A DNA stretch of 64,000 bases from a virus. The position numbers were made by a program, and so were the translations under genes. Shown here in pieces: positions 49,805 to 59,108 of this stretch (position 1 is its first letter; each line of letters starts with the position of its first letter). The notes beneath the pieces were generated by a model that saw nothing but the letters and a program-made list of their open reading frames with translations, made no database searches and had not been told where the DNA came from. Where the stretch lies: IMG/VR virus record IMGVR_UViG_3300031707_002715, positions 32,001-96,000 of that record. One strand, written 5' to 3'.

Positions 49805-51127
49805 TCATCTTTTTCCGACTAATGCTTTAGCAGCCTCTATCGCTGCATCTTTATTTGTGATTTCACCTTCTAATTGTCTATCATATATCTCTCTAAGAAT
49901 TTTTCCAATTAACGGCGATTGAACAAAACCAATGTCAATTAAGTCCCTACCATTTATAAATGATAATGGTTTAATTTCTTCTTTTAAATATTCATTTTTT
50001 TTAGCTATTGCAAAGTCCCATTCTGTCAAATCACCATTACCACCTAATGAATCTGCTTTTAGCAGCGCTAAAATATCATCTATGTGATCTTGCCCTAAAA
50101 ACTTACGCAGCGTCGACTTTCTCATTTCTTTTATACTCATAGGTGTCATATGCTGATAAATTAAATCACAAGTATGATCTATAAAGTCGTTTGAAAACAT
50201 CAGTCTACTTAAAACATCCCTCGCTATATCAGCTCCGACTTTTGCATGTTCTGGAAATCTAATTCTATCAGTACATTCATTCGTCGCAGGTTTACCGACA
50301 TCATGTAATAATGCTGCAAAAATTAATTCATCAGATGGATTCATCGTAAATAAATTTTCCATTGTACGAATAATATGTTCTAATACATCTCCTTCAGGAT
50401 GAAATTGTGTCGGCTGTTGGACGCCTTTCATTCTTTCAACTTCAGGCAAAATGTAATTAATTAGTCCAGTATCAAACAAATAATTTAATGCTATTCGAGG
50501 CTTACCGATCCTAAATAATTTTACGAGCTCATCTCGAATTCGTTCTTGTGAAATGACTACGATGTTAGAAGCATTGAACTTTATAGCTTCATAAGTATTT
50601 GATTCTATAGTAAAATCAAATTTGACTGCAAAACGTATGCCTCGTAAAATGCGTAATTTGTCTTCATCAATTCTTACTTGAGGATCGCCAATAAATCGTA
50701 TGACCTTGTCTCGTATGTCTTTACGACCATCAACATAGTCAATAAATTTATCAGCAATCGGATCGTAAAACAACCCATTAATAGTAAAATCACGTCTTTT
50801 TGCGTCGTCTTGCATTGAAGAAAAAGTAACAGTTTCAGGTCGTCGACCATCGAGATAACGACCATCTATCCTAAAAGTAGCCACTTCAAATTCATAATCA
50901 TTCAACAATACTCTAATGACGCCAAATGATTTACCAGCAGGAACAGTTTTTTCAAAAATCATTTCAACATTATCAGGTAATGCGCTAGTAGCTATATCGA
51001 TGTCATTACTTTCATTTTGCATTATTTTATCTCGGACAAACCCACCAACAAATACAGCCTGATAGCCATGCCTTTGCAGCTCTTTAACAATGCTTATTGC
51101 GTCATTTAGTGCTGTCGATATCATCAT
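49805..51127 (-). CDS. cca: CCA tRNA nucleotidyltransferase with HD domain
   Basis: 'VGGFVRD...DIDIATS', 'EVATFR', 'RRDFTIN', 'EDKLRILR', 'SQERIRDE', 'HPEGDV..H' and 'LLHDVGKP'. Confidence 0.92.
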   Translation of the reverse strand: MMISTALNDAISIVKELQRHGYQAVFVGGFVRDKIMQNESNDIDIATSALPDNVEMIFEKTVPAGKSFGVIRVLLNDYEFEVATFRIDGRYLDGRRPETVTFSSMQDDAKRRDFTINGLFYDPIADKFIDYVDGRKDIRDKVIRFIGDPQVRIDEDKLRILRGIRFAVKFDFTIESNTYEAIKFNASNIVVISQERIRDELVKLFRIGKPRIALNYLFDTGLINYILPEVERMKGVQQPTQFHPEGDVLEHIIRTMENLFTMNPSDELIFAALLHDVGKPATNECTDRIRFPEHAKVGADIARDVLSRLMFSNDFIDHTCDLIYQHMTPMSIKEMRKSTLRKFLGQDHIDDILALLKADSLGGNGDLTEWDFAIAKKNEYLKEEIKPLSFINGRDLIDIGFVQSPLIGKILREIYDRQLEGEITNKDAAIEAAKALVGKR

Positions 51128-51130
51128 AGT

Positions 51131-51850
51131 TTATTCTGTGCTCTTCCAATAGCAATACAGACATGCATGAGCACAGCGCTGCTTGTTTTCAAGCAATTCT
51201 TTTTTATTACCAAGACATGCGCAGCATGGCCTTTGCTTAAACGACTTATCAATAGGTCGTTCGTTCAATATTTCGCAATCTATAGCAGATATACAGCCTG
51301 TGCATTCAAAATCAGGTTCACCGCAAATCTCAGGTTTATCTAATTTCTCCCACGCTTTTTTCCTTAATTCTAATGGCGCATGAAAAGTCGACCACGGTAA
51401 TTTTATATCTTTTTCTTCAAATCTCTTTTTCACATGTTCGTATTGATCAATAAATGATATCCTAACTCTAGTCTTAAAAATTTGTCGAGCTTGAAGTAAT
51501 ACACCATAAGCTGTATTTATCCCTACATCTGTCGGAATAATTGGATCGATCCTCAGTACTACTCTTTCCGGACCAAGCAATTCACAGAGACTCTTAAATC
51601 CTTTTAACGACTCTTCAACAATAGGCACATTTGGTTCGACTATCGATCCACCAAAACCGGTAATTGTCGTATGAACTATAACATTCGGTGTAAAATGATA
51701 CACTTCAGGTGCTTCATTTATCATCGTCTTAAGCAAATAAAATAATTTAAGTGGATTTTTCGATATTAAAATTGCAGGCTTGAAATCTAAGACCCATGGC
51801 ATCCATTGTAAATTAATAGCAGGGTCACCGCGCTCAGTTATACCGATCAT
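51131..51850 (-). CDS. DUF1848-family (radical-SAM/SP-lyase-like) protein
   Basis: 'SKNP', 'TITGFG...EPNVP', 'LRIDPII' and C-terminal CAHACLYCY. Confidence 0.75.
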   Translation of the reverse strand: MIGITERGDPAINLQWMPWVLDFKPAILISKNPLKLFYLLKTMINEAPEVYHFTPNVIVHTTITGFGGSIVEPNVPIVEESLKGFKSLCELLGPERVVLRIDPIIPTDVGINTAYGVLLQARQIFKTRVRISFIDQYEHVKKRFEEKDIKLPWSTFHAPLELRKKAWEKLDKPEICGEPDFECTGCISAIDCEILNERPIDKSFKQRPCCACLGNKKELLENKQRCAHACLYCYWKSTE

Positions 51851-51857
51851 AATATTC

Positions 51858-52235
51858 TTAATGTGATATACATTTGAAAAATAAGTCTTGACTTATTTCT
51901 CTTGCATTTTTTCCCCTTCGAATAGCATCAGAGACTTGCTTCTTCATCACTTTTTTGCTTCCAGTCGATATGTCAGTCGTGACCTTTGCAATAGCTTCAG
52001 CCTCTGTCCTTCCATGACCAACTAGCGCACCCGATGTCCCTTCTGCTATATGATATTTCTTTACATGAAGATTCTTAAAAACATGAAGAACATAACCGGA
52101 CACTGTTATTGTCTGTAAAGGAATAGCCATAGTAAAAACAGGTTGATGAAGATCGCCACCAAACATAAATGGTTCATATTTTAATGTCCAAATACGAACG
52201 GGAACGGCAGCAGTGATTTTAACATTTTTGTGCAT
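51858..52235 (-). CDS. Hypothetical protein
   Basis: Likely start MHKNVK at 52235, just after the ligase stop. Confidence 0.55.
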   Translation of the reverse strand: MHKNVKITAAVPVRIWTLKYEPFMFGGDLHQPVFTMAIPLQTITVSGYVLHVFKNLHVKKYHIAEGTSGALVGHGRTEAEAIAKVTTDISTGSKKVMKKQVSDAIRRGKNAREISQDLFFKCISH

Positions 52236-52237
52236 TG

Positions 52238-54190
52238 TTATTCCACCATTTTCCAAAAATCGGCTTCAGGAATTGTTTTAACTCCTAATGCAGCCGCTTT
52301 TGAAATCTTATTACTGTTTGATCGACATACGAGCAAATAATTTAATTCTTTGTTCACTCGTTTAATTTCACCACCGTTTGCCGCAACAAATTCGTACCAA
52401 TCTTCTCTTCTATAAGCTTTATTCGTTTTAGGATCGATCTTTGTTAGTGGTCCGGTCACTTGAAACGATTTACCTTGCAATTTATTAGACTCCAATTTGA
52501 CTTCAACGAGCTTTTTAATTTTAACACCACTTTTCATTAACCGTTCAATTAAAGGTCGTCGTTGCTCAAGCCCTTCGACTATGTCTTTAGCTCGCGACGG
52601 ACCGATTCCTGAAATTTTTGCCAAATCCTGCTCAGTCACTTCTTCCATAAGTGCGTATAAATCGTATTCATCAGTAATTAATTCAGCCATTGTCTCACCG
52701 AGAGTGGGAATTGCTAGCGCGCATAAAAAAGTAACAATATCCATTTCTTTGCATCGTCCAAAACCTTCAACTATTTTCGTGGCCGATTTTTCACCTGATC
52801 GATCTAAACTTGCGACCTTTTGTATAGTGAGATCGTAAAAATCTGCAGGATCTTTTATAAGATTTTTCTCGTACAATTGTTCAATCGTGCTTTCACCGAT
52901 GTCTGTTAAACTCATACGTTTTTTCAAAACATCGACCCAGTGACGTAATTTACGAAATTCTTTACCTACACAATTATCGCTATCACATCTCAAATACGCG
53001 CTCTCCGGATCACGAGTCACCGGACCACCGCAAGAAGGACATTTCGTAGGCGCAACGATTTTCTTACCGACAGATTTGATGACCTGGATGACCTTAGGGA
53101 TTATCTCTCCCGATTTAATAACTAAGACGGTATCACCAATGCCGACGCCTAACCTGGCAATCTCATCGAAATTGTGAAGAGTCGCTGATTTTACTATTGA
53201 ACCATCAATATTAACTGGTTCAAGAACTGCATTTGGCGAAATGACTCCTGTCCGGCCAACTTCACATACGCAATCGAGTAATGTTGTTGCTACGCCACGC
53301 GCATCAAATTTAAAGGCAATTTGACCTTTAGGGTCACCGTTTGGATGTAGTCCGAGCTCTTTTTGTCGCGAAATGCTGTTGACCTTAAGGACTAAACCGT
53401 CAATATTGTATTTGAGTTTTTCTCGATCTGTGTCCATGTATTGTTGACGAATTCGAATGACTTCTGCCGGCGTAATTAATTTATAATTAGTGGTGACTAA
53501 TCCCAATGTGTTTGACAAATAATCAAGTTTTTCTGTTTCAAATGAAAATGTGATATCGGGTGAAACAATATCGTAAACGATCACGCAAACATATTCGAGA
53601 AATTGACCGTCAAACCGTTTTATTATGCCATTTGCAGCATTACGAGGATTTGAAAATGTTTTAGTCGATAAGCTGTTGACTTTATCAAAGTCGACTTTTA
53701 ACATCATTGCTTCACCGCGAATGCTAGCTGTGATTTTTTCCGGTAATGTCTGTTTTACAAACTTCAATTTCTTAGCATTGATAGTGATCTCATCACCGAC
53801 GTGACCGTCTCCTCGAGTGATGCCTTGTACTAATTCACCATTGATATAATTCAAGGCTATTGATGCACCGTCGAATTTGTCTTCGAGCACTAAAACTTTG
53901 CCTTGTATACGACTTGAATCAGCCCATTTTTCAAATTCAGCAATCGACATTGCGTTTGCTAATGACGACATTGGCATAGAATGTTTAGCTTTTTGCCATC
54001 CGTTCTCAGCATCTGGCGGTGCACCGGTTTTCTTCAATTCTAAATTATCAGGATCGAGCTGTTTCAATCTTTCTAATAAAGCATCGTAAACTCCATCCAA
54101 AATTCGAGGTTCCTTATTATAATAAAGATATCGATGAAGCCGAATTTCTGATGCTAATCGATCAACTTCATCTTTGACATTTTTTTTCAT
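52238..54190 (-). CDS. ligA: NAD-dependent DNA ligase
   Basis: KFDG adenylation motif, 'TRGDG', 'RGE', 'NPRNAA', 'DGLVLK', 'VGRTG', Zn finger, HhH and BRCT; start MKKNVK at 54190 with GGAG. Confidence 0.95.
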   Translation of the reverse strand: MKKNVKDEVDRLASEIRLHRYLYYNKEPRILDGVYDALLERLKQLDPDNLELKKTGAPPDAENGWQKAKHSMPMSSLANAMSIAEFEKWADSSRIQGKVLVLEDKFDGASIALNYINGELVQGITRGDGHVGDEITINAKKLKFVKQTLPEKITASIRGEAMMLKVDFDKVNSLSTKTFSNPRNAANGIIKRFDGQFLEYVCVIVYDIVSPDITFSFETEKLDYLSNTLGLVTTNYKLITPAEVIRIRQQYMDTDREKLKYNIDGLVLKVNSISRQKELGLHPNGDPKGQIAFKFDARGVATTLLDCVCEVGRTGVISPNAVLEPVNIDGSIVKSATLHNFDEIARLGVGIGDTVLVIKSGEIIPKVIQVIKSVGKKIVAPTKCPSCGGPVTRDPESAYLRCDSDNCVGKEFRKLRHWVDVLKKRMSLTDIGESTIEQLYEKNLIKDPADFYDLTIQKVASLDRSGEKSATKIVEGFGRCKEMDIVTFLCALAIPTLGETMAELITDEYDLYALMEEVTEQDLAKISGIGPSRAKDIVEGLEQRRPLIERLMKSGVKIKKLVEVKLESNKLQGKSFQVTGPLTKIDPKTNKAYRREDWYEFVAANGGEIKRVNKELNYLLVCRSNSNKISKAAALGVKTIPEADFWKMVE

Positions 54191-54206
54191 TTTTTCTCCA
54201 TTATGT

Positions 54207-54587
54207 TCACCAGCACAGAAATAAGCGTCCGATCCCGAAATGTTCACCACTTAAAATAAATTCATATTCCCAGTTATCTTCTATCCATATTCCAGAAATC
54301 ATAATATTAGTCACAGTTGCTTTGACTTTAACATTCTTCAATTCCACTACATGATCAGCCGGCGTCACGATCACAACAGCTTTATTATCATCAATATCAA
54401 TTGTTACGGAATAAAGATATTGCTTTTTATTATTAACATCCTGCCAATTAAAACTAAAAGCATAGCTTTCTGAGCCATCTTCATTTGTCCGTCTTATAGT
54501 TACTGCGCTACAACCAGATTTTTCCGTCTTATAAACAGACGTCCAAATTATCTTAGAATTATATCTCAAATGATGGAGGATTTCCAT
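54207..54587 (-). CDS. Hypothetical protein
   Basis: 126 aa with AAGGA RBS. Confidence 0.6.
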   Translation of the reverse strand: MEILHHLRYNSKIIWTSVYKTEKSGCSAVTIRRTNEDGSESYAFSFNWQDVNNKKQYLYSVTIDIDDNKAVVIVTPADHVVELKNVKVKATVTNIMISGIWIEDNWEYEFILSGEHFGIGRLFLCW

Positions 54588-54640
54588 TTTCCTTATTAAA
54601 TCTAATCATACAGAAACACGTAGATTTATGAAAATAAGCA

Positions 54641-54676
54641 AAAAAAGCTGTAGAAATATACTCTACAGCTTTCTTT
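54641..54676. terminator. Rho-independent terminator (potentially bidirectional)
   Basis: AAAGCTGTAGA (54644-54654) / TCTACAGCTTT (54662-54672) with flanking A and T tracts. Confidence 0.8.
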
Positions 54677-54687
54677 CTATAGGCCGT

Positions 54688-55188
54688 TTATTGCGTAGAT
54701 TTTTTCTTCTTTTTAAGACCGTACATTGTCGCAATAAGCGTAGAAATTGCACCGATTAATGCCACTAATCCTTCTATGACTTTAACAACAAAATCGAGGT
54801 TTTTGCGATGAGAATCTGACTGTGATTGCAAATTTTCTAAAATAGTCGTCACCTTATTTAATGAAGTTTTCGTTTCTAAAATTCGGTTATCTAACTGCTC
54901 CATATCTTTATCATATTCGTGGATTGTCACATATTGGAAATTGCGACTTAAATATAAAGGTCTTAAAATAGCGTTAGTGTCTCTCGTCGTATCTTTTATA
55001 GAGTCACGCATTGCAAACAGCTTGTCGGGCGATGTCAACGGTATTAATGGCATATATTGGAGCTGTATGAAACCAGGCTGCCTATGTGCTCTAATTCTAC
55101 CAGACTCACTTTTACTCACTAATGAATCTAATGCAGTCGCACTCACAATCGAACAGCAGACGATAATCAATAACGACATGTTACGCAT
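54688..55188 (-). CDS. Secreted/membrane protein: signal peptide, coiled coil, C-terminal TM and poly-Lys
   Basis: 'MSLLIIVCCSIVSATA' and 'VIEGLVALIGAISTLIATMYGLKKKKKS'. Confidence 0.65.
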   Translation of the reverse strand: MRNMSLLIIVCCSIVSATALDSLVSKSESGRIRAHRQPGFIQLQYMPLIPLTSPDKLFAMRDSIKDTTRDTNAILRPLYLSRNFQYVTIHEYDKDMEQLDNRILETKTSLNKVTTILENLQSQSDSHRKNLDFVVKVIEGLVALIGAISTLIATMYGLKKKKKSTQ

Positions 55189-55295
55189 GTTGCTCCCTAT
55201 TTAAAAAGTTTCGAGTAGCAATCTGTGGACTCAATCTCTTTTCTCTGACGTACTCCCACGACTAAAGTCGTTGGGTTCTCGTGTTCACTGTCTAA

Positions 55296-56321
55296 TCATG
55301 CGGCTACGCCGCTGGATAGGACAACTCCACGTTGCGGGGCATCAGTGCTCCCTTTGCATACATCCCTGTCTGTATGCAATGGATCAATTAGAGGCCACGC
55401 AGCTATGTTAAAAGCTGCGTTAGCATCCGCATGATCTACGTGTCCACACGAAGGACACATAAAGCTCTTATCTTTTCGTATGCCTATAGTCCCACACCTA
55501 CTACACTTTTTAGAAGTGTATGCGGGAGCAATTAAGCCTACGCCTACTCCAAACTTTTTGGCCTTGTACTGAATCATCATCAGTAGCTGAAAATAAGACC
55601 AAGAGGATAGGGAGTACTTGAAAGATCGAGCCTGTTTTTTATTGTTTCGGATTCCTTTAAGACTCTCCAACTTAATTGAGCAATTGTTCTCCTTTGCTGT
55701 TAAGACTATTTTCTTTGAAATCTTGTGATTCAAATCTCTAACAATATCAGACTCTCTACGTTTAATCTGATTCAGCTTTCTGTATTTCTTTTGGCTCTGT
55801 AGCTTTTTTCTGATGCTTTTATATTTTGTATGTATATGTAGAGCTTTTTTCCCAAGTTTGACAACCGACCCAGTAGAAGGAATCCCAATAACTGCACAGT
55901 GCCCCTTAGTATTCAAATCAACACCGAGATAGTTTTCAGACTTAATCAGATCAGGTTCTTTGATTTCTCCTGAGATGTAGGCGTAAGTCTTATCAAGTTC
56001 TATCTGATTTATTTTCTGGAGCTCATATCTGAAATATGTGGTGGGGAGTTTGAGCTTTAAGCATGGTATGATTAGTTCCGTTTTATCAATCTTGATGGAC
56101 TGACTTGGTACAGTCAACTTGACTCTGTTGATCCTTTTAAGTTTTTTGTTAGCACTATACTTTTTGAGTATCTGGTTAGACAGTGCTGATTTCAATCCGA
56201 AATGTTTAACATCTTTGGAACTTCTCAAACCTGTCTTTAAAGCAAATAGGGCTATCTGTCGAGCCTTTTCAAGCTCGGCGGATAAATCTACGCCATGTTT
56301 AATTTTGATCGTGAGGATCAT
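55296..56321 (-). CDS. tnpB: TnpB RNA-guided endonuclease
   Basis: LGVDLN, IKLESL, 'PAYTSKKCSRCG...CPSCG' and HADANAA. Confidence 0.92.
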   Translation of the reverse strand: MILTIKIKHGVDLSAELEKARQIALFALKTGLRSSKDVKHFGLKSALSNQILKKYSANKKLKRINRVKLTVPSQSIKIDKTELIIPCLKLKLPTTYFRYELQKINQIELDKTYAYISGEIKEPDLIKSENYLGVDLNTKGHCAVIGIPSTGSVVKLGKKALHIHTKYKSIRKKLQSQKKYRKLNQIKRRESDIVRDLNHKISKKIVLTAKENNCSIKLESLKGIRNNKKQARSFKYSLSSWSYFQLLMMIQYKAKKFGVGVGLIAPAYTSKKCSRCGTIGIRKDKSFMCPSCGHVDHADANAAFNIAAWPLIDPLHTDRDVCKGSTDAPQRGVVLSSGVAA

Positions 56322-56713
56322 TTGTAATTTTGGTCGTCAATATATTTCTTGACGGTGTCTTCTGAAATGTGACCTATAGATTCACAGTAGTAGGATCGAG
56401 TCCAGAGGAAAGGCATTCTTGATTTTAGTTTTGGAAACTCTAAACGCATTATTCTTGAACTGTATCCTTTGAGATGCTTAACAATCAAATGAGGGGAATG
56501 TATTGGTGAGCATTTAACAAAAAGATGGACATGATCTGGCATGACCTCTATGTTCTCTATGATGATAGAGAATTCTTTCGCCTTTTCATAGAAAAGTTCT
56601 TTGAGTCTTTTTTCAACATCCCCCACTAAAACCTTGCGCCTATACTTGGGACACCAGATTAGATGATAGCCCAGATTGTAGGTAGCCTTGTTTGACTTTT
56701 TCAATCTTGGCAT
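56318..56713 (-). CDS. tnpA: IS200-type Y1 HUH transposase
   Basis: 'YHLIWCPKYRRKVL', 'MPDHVHLF', 'LKGYSSR', 'LWTRSYY' and 'VKKYIDDQ'. Confidence 0.95.
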   Translation of the reverse strand: MPRLKKSNKATYNLGYHLIWCPKYRRKVLVGDVEKRLKELFYEKAKEFSIIIENIEVMPDHVHLFVKCSPIHSPHLIVKHLKGYSSRIMRLEFPKLKSRMPFLWTRSYYCESIGHISEDTVKKYIDDQNYK

Positions 56714-56800
56714 ATTAGATACCTCCTACTTATCTAATATACATCATTTTAAAAGAAGTGTAGAATTTATTTTGTGGCACGGCTCGCTTTCATCCCACGG

Positions 56801-57043
56801 CTAAAGACGCTCGAAGACTCGCTCCGTGGGCTTTCCCGCTCGCAGGATTGTAAAATTTGCAATGTCCTTACCATTATATGCCACTGTACAATGTACTTGA
56901 CTATAATTCCTTAATAAATAATTTTGTACAATCTTCTTAAATTTTTTTATTGCCTCATCGTGGCTGTTAAAATCTTTAGCAGAATATTGAGTCCTGTGCG
57001 ATTCTAAGTTATCGATCTTTTCAATGTACAGTACATATCTCAT
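56801..57043 (-). pseudogene. Hypothetical gene interrupted by the IS605 element (native 3' end at 55244-55181)
   Basis: The last ~15 codons come from the IS left end; the empty site reads ...IANFTEKRLSPQIATRNFLNREQHA*. Confidence 0.75.
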
Positions 57044-57825
57044 TGCTCCTCCTCTAATTTTTTTACTAAGGTTTTAAGACTTTCATTAATATTAAATGAA
57101 CAATCAATCCAGTTACACCATTTACAATTATCACTTTGCTTCTTTTTGAATTCATCAGCCTTTATTGCTTGAAATATCTCATCTACTTTTTTCTTAACAT
57201 CATAGTAATCTTCATCTTTAACATGTACGTCGACTATTCTATTTTCTTTTTTTGATGGATACACGAACTTAATACATTCTTCTACTATGTCGAATTGTTT
57301 ATAGAGGGCCCAACTATAAATTAACGCTTGCAACCTGTGTTTTTCTTCATTATGTTTTCCTGTCTTCCAATCTAATACATAAATCTTGCCATTGACTTCA
57401 GTCACTAGATCTATATAGCCATGAACATCAATTTCGAATTTATCATTATTATATGCCTGTTTAAATTCAAGTTCAGAACCAATCGCTTCATGTAACCAAT
57501 CATTAGCTTTTGCCATTGAAACCCAGTTTTTTATTATTGTAAAACCAGAAGCCCTAGCGTACTTCAATTCTATATCTTGCGCATTCTGCATTTTAATTTC
57601 TATATCAAAAAACTTTTCCCAATTTTGAAATAAATCGTGAGTCTGAAACGTACGCTGATTATAAAATGTCTGGAGTAATTTATGAAATGCTTGACCTAAT
57701 ACTAATGCAGCGCTCGGTGCTTTTATCGCAGTTCGTTTAAGTATTTTATCTTGTTTAAAAGCCCATGGGCACGTACAAAAATAGTTGATCGTAGAAGCAG
57801 ACAAATTGAAATCGAGCTTAATCAT
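57040..57825 (-). CDS. PD-(D/E)XK RecB/Cas4-like exonuclease
   Basis: 'LSASTIN...CP', 'GYIDL', 'VLDWKTG', 'LQALIY' and 'CKWC....C'. Confidence 0.88.
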   Translation of the reverse strand: MIKLDFNLSASTINYFCTCPWAFKQDKILKRTAIKAPSAALVLGQAFHKLLQTFYNQRTFQTHDLFQNWEKFFDIEIKMQNAQDIELKYARASGFTIIKNWVSMAKANDWLHEAIGSELEFKQAYNNDKFEIDVHGYIDLVTEVNGKIYVLDWKTGKHNEEKHRLQALIYSWALYKQFDIVEECIKFVYPSKKENRIVDVHVKDEDYYDVKKKVDEIFQAIKADEFKKKQSDNCKWCNWIDCSFNINESLKTLVKKLEEEQ

Positions 57826-59108
57826 TTTCGTTCTTTTACTGTATTTACTAATATTTTTGTCGCTTTCTCGTGCTTAACAGCTGTTTCGCTAGCACGATAA
57901 TTATTTCCCTTCTTTAAATCTTCAATAATTTGGTCTATTTCTATTTTATTTTTATTGAGTGTATTTGCTCTATTCAAAACAAATTCTTCGACCTCAGCGC
58001 TTGTCGCTGTTATATTATTAATCTGGCAAATGTGATCTAAGAAAATTTTAACTTCTAGAGCTTTTTCGACTCGAGGTCTCTTTTGAGCGTAAAATACGTC
58101 TTTACCATTTTTGTTCTTTTTCACAAATTCTTCTTCGGTCGTCCCCATCCGATACAAAAATTGATTCCATTCATTTGCTAATTCCCACTCAATCATTGCA
58201 TTCGGTATGCACTCTATTTTTGACTTGGTCACACATTGTGTCAAAATGTCTGATTCAAAATTCTCTTCATCTATCTTCTTGTAATCTTCGATTAATTTAT
58301 CACGCAATGTTGATCGAAATTGATCGACTGTCTGATCCTCATCAACTGCTAATTGTTCGACAGTTTTAATAGTTTTCGATTCTATTTTATTAATGGTAAC
58401 AGTGAATTCAGCTTCTTTATCCTGCAAATCTTTTACTTGGTAATCTGTCGGAAATCTCGTCACCACTTTACCAACTGTGCCCAATTTCAACTTGACCATT
58501 TGTTCTTCGAAACCGCTAATAAATTTTGTTTCACCGACTACAAATTTATAATTCTTAGCTGTACCACCAGAAAATGATTTGCCGTCGACTTGGCCCATAA
58601 AATCAATTATTAACACATCACCTCTTTTGATTTCATAATTTAGATCGAGCATATTAGTAAACAAGGCTTTTGAATGCTGTAAAGCTTTAACTTGGTCGTC
58701 AACCATTTGTTCAGAAATAATCGTCACATTCTTGACTACATTCACGTCTGCGATATTAAAATATTCGACTTTTGGTTTTAAGTATACTGTAGCCTGGATT
58801 GTTAGCGGTATATTATCTTCAAATGGACCGACGACTTCAAAATCAGTCGCGTCAACTACTTCTAACTTCTCCTGTTCAAGAGCTCTCTTATATAATATGT
58901 CAAACACTTCTCGATAAGCAGTGAACCTGTTAAAATGGGGTTGTTTTTCAGCTACTTCACGAGGTACATGGCCCTTGCGAAATCCGTTAGCATAAATTTG
59001 GTCTTTAATCTTTTCATATTGTTCTTCGACCAGACCTTTGACCACTTCTACAGATTCAACAAATTTTAATTTGTACGGTATTGACAACTTCTTCAACTTA
59101 ATCTCCAT
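57822..59108 (-). CDS. tig: Trigger factor (ribosome-associated chaperone/PPIase)
   Basis: GFRKGHVP ribosome-binding loop, FKBP domain 'GDVLIIDFMGQVDGKSFSGG...FISGFEEQM...FPTDY' and helical C-terminal domain; AGGAGG RBS before MEIKL. Confidence 0.92.
   Translation of the reverse strand: MEIKLKKLSIPYKLKFVESVEVVKGLVEEQYEKIKDQIYANGFRKGHVPREVAEKQPHFNRFTAYREVFDILYKRALEQEKLEVVDATDFEVVGPFEDNIPLTIQATVYLKPKVEYFNIADVNVVKNVTIISEQMVDDQVKALQHSKALFTNMLDLNYEIKRGDVLIIDFMGQVDGKSFSGGTAKNYKFVVGETKFISGFEEQMVKLKLGTVGKVVTRFPTDYQVKDLQDKEAEFTVTINKIESKTIKTVEQLAVDEDQTVDQFRSTLRDKLIEDYKKIDEENFESDILTQCVTKSKIECIPNAMIEWELANEWNQFLYRMGTTEEEFVKKNKNGKDVFYAQKRPRVEKALEVKIFLDHICQINNITATSAEVEEFVLNRANTLNKNKIEIDQIIEDLKKGNNYRASETAVKHEKATKILVNTVKERK

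Larger units (their letters stand above)
55245..56849 (-). mobile_element. IS200/IS605-family element (tnpA + tnpB)
   Basis: Target TTAC at 56853-56850, guide AAAG at +16..+19, left hairpin 56794-56830, right hairpin 55255-55275 with GAAC guide and TCAG end. The empty site restores a gene. Confidence 0.92.

Noticed and set aside
57040-57825. Cas4 of a CRISPR system
   Set aside because: No cas1/cas2 or array; stand-alone PD-(D/E)XK exonucleases are common in phage replication regions.
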